In this document: positions 1 to 8,095 of the stretch, piece by piece
Position numbering within the stretch: position 1 is the first letter of the stretch
How the letters are laid out: every line of letters begins with the position of its first letter
Source of the DNA: a virus
Lineage: Duplodnaviria; Heunggongvirae; Uroviricota; Caudoviricetes
Length of the DNA stretch: 38,703 nt
Direction: 5' to 3' (one strand)
Virus record (IMG/VR): IMGVR_UViG_2724679538_000007
Span: 1-38,703 of that record
Notes under the pieces: model-generated
Seen by the model: the letters and a program-made list of their open reading frames with translations, nothing else
Told to the model about the DNA's origin: nothing
Database searches by the model: none
Made by a program: the position numbers and the translations under genes

Positions 1-1071
1 TTATTTGATTTCAATTTTGTCCCACTCCCTGCCTCTGTCATCACGATACTGTGATGCCATGGTGTCCGACTTATGCCCGAGAAGATGTTGAGCAAATTTA
101 TCGCTTATCTGCTTCTCATAGAGTCTTGCAGACAAACTGCGCAACTCGTGAAAGGTAGGCGGATCCCCTTCGAAGGAAAGACCTGATGCTTTTCGTGCGC
201 GCATAAAATACCTTGATACTGTGCCGGATGAAAGCGGTTCACGACGAGTAGATGCAATTATGGTTTCTCCGCCAAGAATCTCTTTGCATTTATCAAGTGT
301 TTCCTTCATTGATATCCCGAGGGCATCAACATGCAATGCTGTTGGGATGGCAATTTTTACGCCTGTTTTGCTTTGCTCGACATAAAGATATCCATCTACG
401 ATATCAGACCACTTCATTTCGCATAAATCACCAACTCGCTGCCCGGTAACAACAGCCAGTTCCATTGCAAGTCTGAGCCAACATGGTGATGATTCTGCTG
501 CTTGATAAATTTTCAGGTATTCGTCAGCCGTAAGTCTTGATCTCCTTACCTCTGATTTTGCTGCGCGAGTGGCAGCGACCGGGTTTGTTGTTATATGGCC
601 TTCAGCTATTGCCTCTCGGAATGCATCGCTCAGTGTTGATCTGATTAACTTGGCTGACGCCGCCTTGCCCTCGTCTATGTATCCATTGAGCATTGCCGCA
701 ATTTCTTTTGTGGTGATGTTTTCAAGTGGAGCATCAGGCAGACCCCTCCTTATTGCTTTAATTTTGCTCATGTAATTTATGAGTGTCTTCTGCTTGATTC
801 CTCTGCTGGCGAGGATTTTTTCGTAGCGATCAAGCCATGAATGTAACGTAACAGAATTATCACTGTTGATTCTTGCTGTCAGAGGCTTGTGTTTGTGTCC
901 TGAAAATAACTCAATGTTGGCCTGTATAGCTTCAGTGATTGCTATCCTCCTGTCTCGGCCTAATCCAAACTCTTTACCCGTCCTTGGGTCCCTGTAGCAG
1001 TAATATCCATTGTTTCTTATATAAAGGTTAGGGGGTAAATCCCGGCGCTCATGACTTCGCCTTCTTCCCAT
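1..1071 (-). CDS. int: Tyrosine integrase, lambda Int type (356 aa)
   Basis: Translation matches phage lambda Int over its full length as I recall it (MGRRRSHERRDLPPNLYIRNNGYYCYRDPRTGKEFGLG ... HELRSLSARLYEKQ ... GHKSDTMASQYRDD). Confidence 0.97.
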   Translation of the reverse strand: MGRRRSHERRDLPPNLYIRNNGYYCYRDPRTGKEFGLGRDRRIAITEAIQANIELFSGHKHKPLTARINSDNSVTLHSWLDRYEKILASRGIKQKTLINYMSKIKAIRRGLPDAPLENITTKEIAAMLNGYIDEGKAASAKLIRSTLSDAFREAIAEGHITTNPVAATRAAKSEVRRSRLTADEYLKIYQAAESSPCWLRLAMELAVVTGQRVGDLCEMKWSDIVDGYLYVEQSKTGVKIAIPTALHVDALGISMKETLDKCKEILGGETIIASTRREPLSSGTVSRYFMRARKASGLSFEGDPPTFHELRSLSARLYEKQISDKFAQHLLGHKSDTMASQYRDDRGREWDKIEIK

Positions 1072-1267
1072 TTCTGATCCTCTTCAAAAGGCTACCTGTT
1101 ACTGGTCGATTTAAGTCAACCTTTACCGCTGATTCGTGGAACAGATACTCTCTTCCATCCTTAACCGGAGGAGGGAATATCCTGCATTCGCGCACCCATC
1201 GACGAACTGTTTCAAGGCTTCTTGGGCGTCGCTGGCGAGCGTTCCACTCCTGAAGTGTCAAGTACAT
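1049..1267 (-). CDS. xis: Excisionase (72 aa); the 102-aa track ORF carries a spurious N-terminal extension
   Basis: MYLTLQEWNARQRRPRSLETVRRWVRECRIFPPPVKDGREYLFHESAVKVDLNRP matches lambda Xis; overlaps the int start as in lambda. Confidence 0.9.
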   Translation of the reverse strand: MYLTLQEWNARQRRPRSLETVRRWVRECRIFPPPVKDGREYLFHESAVKVDLNRPVTGSLLKRIRNGKKAKS

Positions 1268-1459
1268 CGCAAAGTCTCCGCAATTACACGCAAGAAAAAG
1301 CCGCATTGATGCGGCGATGGTAGGTCTGGATATCATTGAGCAATGAACAGGCCTCATCGAGTGTGAGGCGGGTTAGTCCTTGCGTAGCTCGCTAATTCTT
1401 CTGTAAGTCTCTGGTGCTTTGCTATCTCACGCAGTGCCTGATAGTCAATCTTGCTCATG

Positions 1460-1759
1460 TCACATCACCCTGAATCCGTTGCATTTACGTAAGAAATCGC
1501 AGATATAGCCCTTCATTTTTTCATGCCAATCTCGATCATTCCCATTGCACCAACCATCAGGTGGAGTCCAGTTTTCTATCAGAGCAGCCATTTTCTTTGC
1601 TTTCGCCGGAGTAGCTGTTGCGGTATCGCAGTAATGACGAGTGTCAACCAACGCATCCATACCATCGATATCAAGTACGCAAAACCATGTGTGATTCGGC
1701 ATTCCAACAGATGGTATTTGTTGCCCACGTCGGCGTTTATCAATGAGATATACACTCAC
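1460..1759 (-). CDS. Hypothetical protein (99 aa), int-proximal early-left accessory gene
   Basis: GTG start preceded by AGGAGG at 7 nt; start overlaps the stop of the upstream gene (GTGA), implying translational coupling; no family recognised. Confidence 0.55.
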   Translation of the reverse strand: MSVYLIDKRRRGQQIPSVGMPNHTWFCVLDIDGMDALVDTRHYCDTATATPAKAKKMAALIENWTPPDGWCNGNDRDWHEKMKGYICDFLRKCNGFRVM

Positions 1760-2205
1760 TGGTTACCTCCTTTGCGAAGCTCTGCGGCGAACTCGTTAAG
1801 TGATATGTAGCAATCTCCAAATGTTAACGAACCGCTCGACTGCATATGCTCCATAGCCATATCCACGCCCTGCGCCCGTACTTCAGCCAGGAAAGCATCG
1901 GTGGCTGGGGTTTCAGTAACATCATCTTCCCATTCGCTAAACTCCTCACGACAAAAGTCATTAAATTCCTTCTCAGATTGCTTAAGCGAGGTATTTTCAG
2001 CAGCCATCTTCGCGCATTTAGCCTCAAGGTTATCAATCGTGATTCCAGCAGAACGACACTCCCGCAACGCCGTTTCTAGTTTTGATTCAAGTTCACCGAA
2101 CTTACGCACCAGATATTCAGCGTTTGTTTCGTTAACCTTTAAATCTCGGGGGATGCATTTACCTTTCAGAAAACCATCCATCTCAATTAGTGACATTTGT
2201 TTCAT
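1756..2205 (-). CDS. Hypothetical acidic protein (about 149 aa; track ORF extends to a GTG at 2223)
   Basis: Long ORF co-oriented with the PL operon, stop overlaps the next gene start; start codon ambiguous (ATG 2205 or GTG 2223). Confidence 0.5.
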   Translation of the reverse strand: MKQMSLIEMDGFLKGKCIPRDLKVNETNAEYLVRKFGELESKLETALRECRSAGITIDNLEAKCAKMAAENTSLKQSEKEFNDFCREEFSEWEDDVTETPATDAFLAEVRAQGVDMAMEHMQSSGSLTFGDCYISLNEFAAELRKGGNQ

Positions 2206-2362
2206 TTCTTCCCACTCCGCCACATCGCATTCAGATATTTGTTGTCATTAACAGAACCGAAACTATTTCTTTTAAGCAATTCCTCTCTCGATGGCATTGG
2301 CTTTACGCGTTGGCGAATAATCATTTCTGCCGGAAGAATGCCGGGATTGTATGCAAGTCCTC

Positions 2363-2653
2363 TCATGATTTACTCTCCACGAACTGGTCAACAGCCATGC
2401 TAAGTGACACACCTAAAGTCTCGATATGTTGCTGAATATCCTGTAGCGTCTGCGCCTGAGATAACAGGATTTCACGGTTGCATAACTCTTTAACCAGATG
2501 CTCAAACTTGCTGTAATAACCGATACGACTTAGTGTTTCTTTGCCTGCATTCTCGCCTTCTTTGATAATTCCTCTTTCGCTAAGAATCAGATCGTGTTTG
2601 GTTCCGGTAATAACGTATTTTCCGAGGTCGATGTTTAGCTTCATTGTTTTCAT
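2363..2653 (-). CDS. Hypothetical protein (96 aa)
   Basis: ATG at 2653 with GAGGAA RBS 7 nt upstream, immediately after the stop of the 2664..2960 gene; the longer track ORF (to 2806) would overlap that gene. Confidence 0.45.
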   Translation of the reverse strand: MKTMKLNIDLGKYVITGTKHDLILSERGIIKEGENAGKETLSRIGYYSKFEHLVKELCNREILLSQAQTLQDIQQHIETLGVSLSMAVDQFVESKS

Positions 2654-2663
2654 TGTTAATTCC

Positions 2664-2960
2664 TCAGTCATTACTGATAGCGCCATAGCGTGAGCGGTAA
2701 TTACGCAGGCGCGGGTCGATATATTCAGGAAAGTGGGTATATGTGGCTTTGCGGAATGGTCGGATTGATGTCTGGTAAATTCGCTCGCGTTCTTCTTTCT
2801 CTGCAAGCCATATACAGTGGCGAAATTCCTTTTCCTCTTTCGCTTCCTGCGGTAGAGACATTATCCGGTCGTAGTTTTTTCTGAATTTATCCAGCACCTC
2901 CGATACGGAATTGCCGGAACAGCGGCGCGGGTCATCCGCACCATACAGAGGCGCTGGCAT
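2664..2960 (-). CDS. Hypothetical protein (98 aa)
   Basis: ATG with AAGGA RBS; sits between the SSB-like gene and downstream unknowns in the same operon. Confidence 0.5.
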   Translation of the reverse strand: MPAPLYGADDPRRCSGNSVSEVLDKFRKNYDRIMSLPQEAKEEKEFRHCIWLAEKEERERIYQTSIRPFRKATYTHFPEYIDPRLRNYRSRYGAISND

Positions 2961-2983
2961 GATGGAATCCTTATGTTGCTACT

Positions 2984-3367
2984 TTAGAAGGGAATTGAAT
3001 CGTCGTATACAGGAGTGTTCTGCTGGTTACTACTTTGCTGCTGCGGGCCATTTCCTGAAGCTGCAAATCCAATCTTTGCATTCAGTAATTCAAGAGTGAT
3101 TGATTGACCATTTTGCCCCTGATAAACATCAACCCTGATGTTTTCTCCGGTAATTTCTACAATGCCACCTTCAACAAGAACACTACGGTAGTAATCCGCT
3201 TGCGCTCCCGGCTTGGCAAATACAACGGCGCTGTAGTTTGTCCATTCTTTCTTTTTTGTCTGGCGATCGTAATACTGAACGCCAGCACGGATGTTGAATC
3301 CGATATTTTCCCCGGCCTGAAACTCTCTTGCGGGCTTGTTTAGTCTTACAGTAATCGAATGTGCCAT
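2984..3367 (-). CDS. Single-stranded DNA-binding protein-like (127 aa)
   Basis: C-terminal acidic tail ...PVYDDSIPF resembles the SSB C-terminal protein-interaction motif (DDDIPF); Gln/Gly-rich linker; directly downstream of erf. Confidence 0.6.
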   Translation of the reverse strand: MAHSITVRLNKPAREFQAGENIGFNIRAGVQYYDRQTKKKEWTNYSAVVFAKPGAQADYYRSVLVEGGIVEITGENIRVDVYQGQNGQSITLELLNAKIGFAASGNGPQQQSSNQQNTPVYDDSIPF

Positions 3368-3972
3368 TAAGCAGCCGCTCCTTCTAATTCGTCTCGTCTG
3401 ATGTTGTAAACGTCCTGCGCTTTGTGCTGCTCAGGTGTGCCTTCGAGCATCTTCCACGCTTTGGCGAACGCCTGTTTAAGCTCTTCTAAGGTGTTTTTCT
3501 GCATTGCTGCGTCAGTGAATGCTTTTAGAACCTGTTCAGGTGTAGGTGATAGTTTTGATTGCTTTGCTGCTGCGTTCTGCTGATGTTTATGCTCGTCGGT
3601 ATCTGCATCTTTCGCATCATCAATGCCGAACAAACCATTGAGGCAATACTTGCGTGCATAAGAGCTTGTAGCTCCCGTAACTTGTGCAGAATCCATTCCT
3701 TTCTTGCTTTCTTCCTCTCGTGCAAGAGCAGTTGCCGTATGACTGTTTTCGCCATCGGTAATAGTTGCCGTGGCTTTCACGTAATACCGATCACCAATCA
3801 ACACAACTTCATCGCTGATTGATAAAAACAGGCCATTCAGTAACGGCTTAACGCCTTCAAGAATGTCTTCGCAGCTTCTGTATTTATATTTACCGAATGA
3901 GTTGTACTGATTCTTTGGCGCGTTCAGATTCTCCTGAATAGCTGCCAGTCTTGCGTAAAATTCTTTGCTCAT
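3367..3972 (-). CDS. erf: Erf family single-strand annealing recombinase (P22 Erf-like, about 201 aa)
   Basis: MSKEFYARLAAIQENLNAPKNQYNSFGKYKYRSCEDILEGVKPLL ... YYVKATATITDGENSH ... YARKYCLNGLFGIDD matches P22 Erf as I recall it; genuine ATG at 3972 (track ORF starts at an upstream TTG). Confidence 0.9.
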   Translation of the reverse strand: MSKEFYARLAAIQENLNAPKNQYNSFGKYKYRSCEDILEGVKPLLNGLFLSISDEVVLIGDRYYVKATATITDGENSHTATALAREEESKKGMDSAQVTGATSSYARKYCLNGLFGIDDAKDADTDEHKHQQNAAAKQSKLSPTPEQVLKAFTDAAMQKNTLEELKQAFAKAWKMLEGTPEQHKAQDVYNIRRDELEGAAA

Positions 3973-4073
3973 ATGATTGTTCTCAGAATGGACACGGCCC
4001 AAGGAAATAACGCTGATTTAATACTTCGACTCGGGACAAGTTAAGGCATACCCGCATTCCTTCGCGGTCACCA

Positions 4074-4232
4074 TTATGGCGATACCAGAGAGCTTTCTGC
4101 GTGTACATGCGTCTCTGTAACTTGCTCTCCTTCACTGTGGTTGCAAGTGACATGAATATCTCCTTCGTTACCGATTAATTCTTTCATCTGACGAATGAAT
4201 TCTTCGTCTGACCAGTTATCCGTAAAACTCAT
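4074..4232 (-). CDS. Hypothetical small protein (52 aa) in the kil/arf position
   Basis: ATG at 4232 with AAGG RBS, overlapping the stop of the cIII-like ORF; between cIII-like and erf where P22 carries kil/arf; no recognisable similarity. Confidence 0.4.
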   Translation of the reverse strand: MSFTDNWSDEEFIRQMKELIGNEGDIHVTCNHSEGEQVTETHVHAESSLVSP

Positions 4233-4399
4233 GGACGGCCTTGTTGTTTCAAAATATCCCAAAGCTTTTCGAGCAAACTTTTCATTCTTGGTTGTTTAAA
4301 GTCTGCTCCGGTTAAAATATTTTTTCGTGAATGCTGTACCGATAAAATCGGGTTGAAAGGGCGAACCGATGCCGCCCCTGCAATAGCGAACTGTTGCAT
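4229..4399 (-). CDS. Possible CIII-like small regulator (56 aa)
   Basis: MQQFAIAGA... resembles the lambda CIII N-terminus (MQYAIAGW...); AAGGAG RBS 6 nt upstream; right size and position for cIII; similarity is weak. Confidence 0.4.
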   Translation of the reverse strand: MQQFAIAGAASVRPFNPILSVQHSRKNILTGADFKQPRMKSLLEKLWDILKQQGRP

Positions 4400-4585
4400 A
4401 GGATGCTCCTTCTGTTTGATTGCATAACGAAAACGCCTCGAGTGAAGCGTTATTGGTATGCATATAAAAAGGCCCCCACATCGGAGGGCAAAGAAGATTT
4501 CCAATAATCAGAACAAGTCGGCTCCTGTTTAGTTACGAGCGACATTGCTCACATAGCAGACTCGTAAATCTGCTATAGGCGCTTA

Positions 4586-4741
4586 TTCGCATCGCATGAC
4601 AACATCAAATTTTTCGAGATTACTTTGTCGCAACAATCCTTCTTCTACTCGGTCAGCTTTTCTATAATTATCAAATTCGAAATGTTTAATTACTTCTTTT
4701 GTTTCTCGCTCTATAACTTCAACGATGTATCTCTTATTCAT
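4586..4741 (-). CDS. Hypothetical small protein (51 aa)
   Basis: ATG overlaps the TAA stop of the upstream gene (TAATG coupling); not in the ORF track because it is under 60 aa. Confidence 0.3.
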
Positions 4742-5010
4742 TACTCATCACCTAGGGCTTTTTTGATAGCTTCGCGAGCCTTATTAACAGCTCCATACCA
4801 TTCTGGATATGTTGTCGTTGTTCTATTTTCGGCTTGCTTAAGTAATAACTGAAGTGCTTCAAGTAAATCCGGTGCAGCCATAGCCAACCTTCCATTTGCT
4901 ACGGCCTCTTCTGTTTCTTTACCGGATAGGGCCATTCCCGGGTGTGAAAATAAAATTAAGCCTGCAAAATTGGCTTCTCGCCAATTTTTCCTAGTACCTT
5001 TAAATTCCAT
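4741..5010 (-). CDS. Hypothetical protein (89 aa)
   Basis: ATG at 5010 with GAGG RBS (track ORF begins at an upstream TTG); PL operon orientation. Confidence 0.5.
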   Translation of the reverse strand: MEFKGTRKNWREANFAGLILFSHPGMALSGKETEEAVANGRLAMAAPDLLEALQLLLKQAENRTTTTYPEWYGAVNKAREAIKKALGDE

Positions 5011-5049
5011 GTTAGCCTCTGTTGTTTGTGCCAAAAATAAAGGCCACCA

Positions 5050-5301
5050 TCAGGCAGCCTTGTTGTAAATGTTGCAGGTATCAAGTAAGTAATTAGATGG
5101 AGCGCCATAAATTATGAATTCATCGTTTGTCGGGTCCATCTCCATCTCTTGGCCTATTGCCATTCTTGCGTCAGTGTCATCAGAGGCGAAGCATAAAACA
5201 GCCCACGCACCCATTGTTTTAAAAAGAACTGCAATTGGCTGTGGTTTTACTGAATTTGCGTTAGCGCGAAAATCACAAATCGCACTTTCATGAAACTCCA
5301 T
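5050..5301 (-). CDS. Hypothetical protein (83 aa)
   Basis: ATG with GAGGT RBS; PL operon orientation. Confidence 0.55.
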   Translation of the reverse strand: MEFHESAICDFRANANSVKPQPIAVLFKTMGAWAVLCFASDDTDARMAIGQEMEMDPTNDEFIIYGAPSNYLLDTCNIYNKAA

Positions 5302-5355
5302 ATATCACCTCAAATAAGTGGTTTGCTGCGAAAGTAAATACGCTTAAGTTACCTG

Positions 5356-5493
5356 TTATTTATCCCACCAAGTTCCGTATCTATCTATCCAGTTACACCA
5401 ATCATCGACACTCCATTTTGTTGTGTCGCATTTTGGCAACTGGCATGAATATCTACCTTCTTTGTAAAGTCGGCGTTTGACTTTCTTGAGCAT
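5356..5493 (-). CDS. Hypothetical small Cys/Trp-rich protein (45 aa)
   Basis: ATG with GAGGTG RBS 4 nt upstream; MLKKVKRRLYKEGRYSCQLPKCDTTKWSVDDWCNWIDRYGTWWDK; under 60 aa so absent from the track. Confidence 0.35.
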   Translation of the reverse strand: MLKKVKRRLYKEGRYSCQLPKCDTTKWSVDDWCNWIDRYGTWWDK

Positions 5494-5679
5494 GGCTCAC
5501 CTCAATCGTAATAAGCTGGAATTGATTTTCCGCGTTGCTTCTGGCGGCCTGAGCAAGTCACACCCATTTCACTGCGTGGCTTGCGGTAGTAAAGATTGTG
5601 CCTGTCTTTTAACCACATCAGGCTCGGTGGTTCTCGTGTACCCCTACAGCGAGGAAAATAGTAAAATCCTCTCACCCCC

Positions 5680-6042
5680 TTATTTTGTCAGGGGGATATC
5701 TCCTTCAGTTCTGACCATTCGCCTTAATACTTTCCTTAAGTCGATGTAAAGTTGAAGGTCTCCATTTGCTGCGGCATCAGCCATTTTTTGCCTGACAAGC
5801 AGTAATGTTTCATACGGCTCAATAAGAATATCGTCATGAGTAATTAGGTGAAGCGTTGCCGCATCAACTATTCCTAGAGCTGCGCCAAGTATCAAAAATT
5901 CCCTGCTATTTTTGTCGCATGAGGAGATAAGCGTATTTAGCGCATACCTAATATTCTTTATAGCTGTTGTTAATGCTGCAATTTCTTCTATGGCGTCCTC
6001 TTCAATGAGCTTTTTAAGCTCATATTTTTCTTCCTGACCCAT
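5680..6042 (-). CDS. Hypothetical protein (120 aa), first gene downstream of N
   Basis: ATG at 6042 with GAGGT RBS, 2 nt after the N stop; the track ORF (148 aa) would overlap N. Confidence 0.55.
   Translation of the reverse strand: MGQEEKYELKKLIEEDAIEEIAALTTAIKNIRYALNTLISSCDKNSREFLILGAALGIVDAATLHLITHDDILIEPYETLLLVRQKMADAAANGDLQLYIDLRKVLRRMVRTEGDIPLTK
5684..5712 (-). terminator. Hairpin plus U-rich stretch after the first gene downstream of N (tL1-like)
   Basis: Minus strand reads CCCCCT-GACAAAATA-AGGGGG followed by TGAGAGGATTTTACTATTTT. Confidence 0.4.
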
Positions 6043-6044
6043 AA

Positions 6045-6317
6045 TTACCTCGCCGTCAATTGTTTTGATTTCCGGTAGCCTGCCGCGTAAACGGCTACGT
6101 TTGGCAGGCAAATACTTCCACTGCATTCATCTGCCTTCTTGTAGCGAAGGCTTCCGAGTGATGCTGCTTTATCTGCTCTGACGCAACCAGAGAGCTTTAG
6201 CGCAATTTTTCGCGCCAGTCGCTGCTCTTGCATTGCCTGTTCACGTTGAGCCTGTCTGCGTGCTCTGCGGCGATTTCTGGCGTTATCGTCAGCCAGATAT
6301 GTAATGACTACTGTCAT
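6045..6317 (-). CDS. N-type transcription antiterminator (P22 gp24-like, 90 aa)
   Basis: N-terminal arginine-rich motif NARNRRRARRQAQREQ; C-terminus LPNVAVYAAGYRKSKQLTAR resembles P22 gp24; GGAGG RBS; nutL just upstream. Confidence 0.85.
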   Translation of the reverse strand: MTVVITYLADDNARNRRRARRQAQREQAMQEQRLARKIALKLSGCVRADKAASLGSLRYKKADECSGSICLPNVAVYAAGYRKSKQLTAR

Positions 6318-6423
6318 GTTGACCTCCGATGATTGACTTTGGCGGTGACGCGCCGGGTGCTTATCTTCCGGTTGCCGTCGTGCAGCTGCACTTCACGTCA
6401 CCCCAAAGCCAATTACTCTTTGG

Positions 6424-6466
6424 TTCCCGCATTTCGGCGGGACAATCCCATCAATGTTAAAGAGCC
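6424..6466 (-). promoter_or_regulatory. nutL (boxA GGCTCTTTAA plus boxB hairpin UCCCGC-CGAAAU-GCGGGA)
   Basis: Same boxB stem-loop sequence recurs on the plus strand downstream of cro (nutR); boxA matches the CGCTCTTTA consensus. Confidence 0.7.
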
Positions 6467-6511
6467 TGCCAATCTTTTCCGTTTGGCTTCCAGCTTCCTG
6501 CTGATGGCTAA

Positions 6512-6598
6512 AGAATACTGTAGGTATTTTATTGTGTAAATACCCAAGGTATTTATTTTTGATGAAATAATGATAAGCAAATGAATACAAAGGATATT
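6512..6598 (-). promoter_or_regulatory. PL promoter with OL operator repeats
   Basis: Three 15-bp near-palindromes, AATACTGTAGGTATT (6514-6528), AATACCCAAGGTATT (6539-6553), AATACAAAGGATATT (6584-6598); minus-strand -35 TTTACA and -10 TATTCT separated by 17 nt and overlapped by the first two sites. Confidence 0.55.
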
Positions 6599-6684
6599 TA
6601 TTTTTTCGGTGTCTGCTTGTTCAGTGCTTTTTATGCGGGATATGTGAAGTGGATCCCGATAGCTATTGCTGCCGGGATTATAGG

Positions 6685-7053
6685 TTAGTCAGCGAAGGTT
6701 AAGACGAGAATTACCTTAATGATGTCTGCTACAACAGACACGGCCATAGATAAACCAAAGACGATCCAAGCCACAGTGATGTCTTCACTACCATCGTATA
6801 GAGTTCCGTAATCACTGGTGTAAGGCGTAAATGTCGCGCCTTGATACAATAGGTATAAGCTTGATCCATAGAGGATAAATGCAGATATCCCTTGTATTGC
6901 TATGATCACCAGAATCATGAAACGAGCTGATCTATGCGCCCAAGCCTGGCTTATTTTTTCTGATAGAGATTTCGCAATAAAAGCATGCGCTAAGCCGTAA
7001 ATTGTCGAGATTGCCAACATCCCAAAAAAGCTTGCTATAGCGGTTCCAACCAT
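6685..7053 (-). CDS. Small polytopic membrane protein (122 aa) co-transcribed with cI; candidate exclusion/abortive-infection factor
   Basis: ATG 18 nt after the cI stop with AAGGGGG RBS; three hydrophobic helices predicted by eye; occupies the rexA/rexB position. Confidence 0.6.
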   Translation of the reverse strand: MVGTAIASFFGMLAISTIYGLAHAFIAKSLSEKISQAWAHRSARFMILVIIAIQGISAFILYGSSLYLLYQGATFTPYTSDYGTLYDGSEDITVAWIVFGLSMAVSVVADIIKVILVLTFAD

Positions 7054-7071
7054 AAGCGCCCCCTTGCGTGA

Positions 7072-7788
7072 TCAAACCAGTCTGAGTTTTGTCTCAATTG
7101 CAACGCCTATAATCTTGCAGTTTCCATTGATTGGCACGAGAGGCCATGCAGGATTAAGTCCCTTGAGGTATTTATTTCCGCCGTCGATTATCAGCTTCTT
7201 GAATGTTGCTTCGTTAGAGTCAGAAAGTTTTGCTATGACCAAGCTGCCGTTGATCGCCTCCCTTCCGGTATCGAAAAGAACGAATGTTCCCTCTGGAATG
7301 CTTAACCCAACCGGTGCCGTCATTGAATCACCTTCCACTTTAAGCCAGAACGCATTACCTTGAATATGCGCGTCAGACTCAAGCCAAACATCTATGTCTT
7401 TAATGGTGTATGGTTCGCATGCTTCACACCACGAGCCAGCCTGGATACTGCTTAACACCGGATACCTCTTTCCTGCTCTGTATTCCCCTGCATACCTTAC
7501 GTTGGCATCGCTCTTAAGGCTTTCTGCCTGTTCTGCAACCTTGGCAGCAATTGACTGGCTAAAATCAGCAATTGAGACTTGCAACAATCGTGCAAAACCA
7601 GATGCAACCTCAACGTTTAGCGCATTTCTGCCATTAAGATAATGCCCTACCGCTCCTTGGGTGATACCCAGTTCATCAGCGATTGAGTATTGGGTTATTC
7701 CCAATTCTTTCTTTTTTGACTCATACAAAGCCTTAAGCCGCTTAGCGTCTTCCAGCTGTTCTGTCGTCAGTGATTTTTTATTTTCCAT
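7072..7788 (-). CDS. cI: CI-type prophage repressor (HTH N-domain plus LexA/S24-like autocleavage C-domain, 238 aa)
   Basis: LTTEQLEDAKRLKALYESKKKELGITQ and FWLKVEGDSMTAP ... FKKLI ... LNP parallel lambda CI ([47 protein letters not shown]). Confidence 0.93.
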   Translation of the reverse strand: MENKKSLTTEQLEDAKRLKALYESKKKELGITQYSIADELGITQGAVGHYLNGRNALNVEVASGFARLLQVSIADFSQSIAAKVAEQAESLKSDANVRYAGEYRAGKRYPVLSSIQAGSWCEACEPYTIKDIDVWLESDAHIQGNAFWLKVEGDSMTAPVGLSIPEGTFVLFDTGREAINGSLVIAKLSDSNEATFKKLIIDGGNKYLKGLNPAWPLVPINGNCKIIGVAIETKLRLV

Positions 7789-7823
7789 AGCTTAATTCTA
7801 ATAGCTAAGGTACTTAAACTAAA

Positions 7824-7865
7824 AATACCCTAAGTATTGATTGCTTTGAATACCTGTAGTATTCT
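7824..7865 (+). promoter_or_regulatory. OR operators and PR promoter
   Basis: AATACCCTAAGTATT (7824-7838) and AATACCTGTAGTATT (7849-7863) share the OL consensus; candidate PR -35 TTGATT (7837-7842) and -10 TATTCT (7860-7865) with 17-bp spacer. Confidence 0.5.
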
Positions 7866-7894
7866 TTGTTCATGGTTAATAACGGAGAGTGCAT

Positions 7895-8089
7895 ATGATT
7901 CGAATGACACTTGCCGATTACGCCAAAATCCATGGACAGGCTAAAGCAGCCAGTGACTTTGGTGTAATCCAGTGCGCTATCAGCAAGGCCATTCTGGCAG
8001 GCCGTAACATTATGGTTACGGTAAAGCCTGATGGCAGTGTGATTGGAGAGGAAGTTCGTCCTTTCCCAAGCAACAAGAAAAACAAATAG
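7895..8089 (+). CDS. cro: Cro repressor (64 aa)
   Basis: [62 protein letters not shown] parallels lambda Cro; GGAGAG RBS; track ORF starts at an upstream GTG. Confidence 0.9.
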   Translation: MIRMTLADYAKIHGQAKAASDFGVIQCAISKAILAGRNIMVTVKPDGSVIGEEVRPFPSNKKNK

Positions 8090-8095
8090 TAACAC

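Noticed and set aside
1049-1357. 102-aa version of the xis ORF starting at the upstream ATG
   Set aside because: Lambda Xis is 72 aa and begins MYLTLQEW; the extension has no support and would overlap upstream signals.
6333-6590. ORFs 6333..6539 (+) and 6393..6590 (-) in the PL/OL/nutL region
   Set aside because: They span operator, promoter and nut sequences; no RBS; the region is better explained as regulatory DNA.
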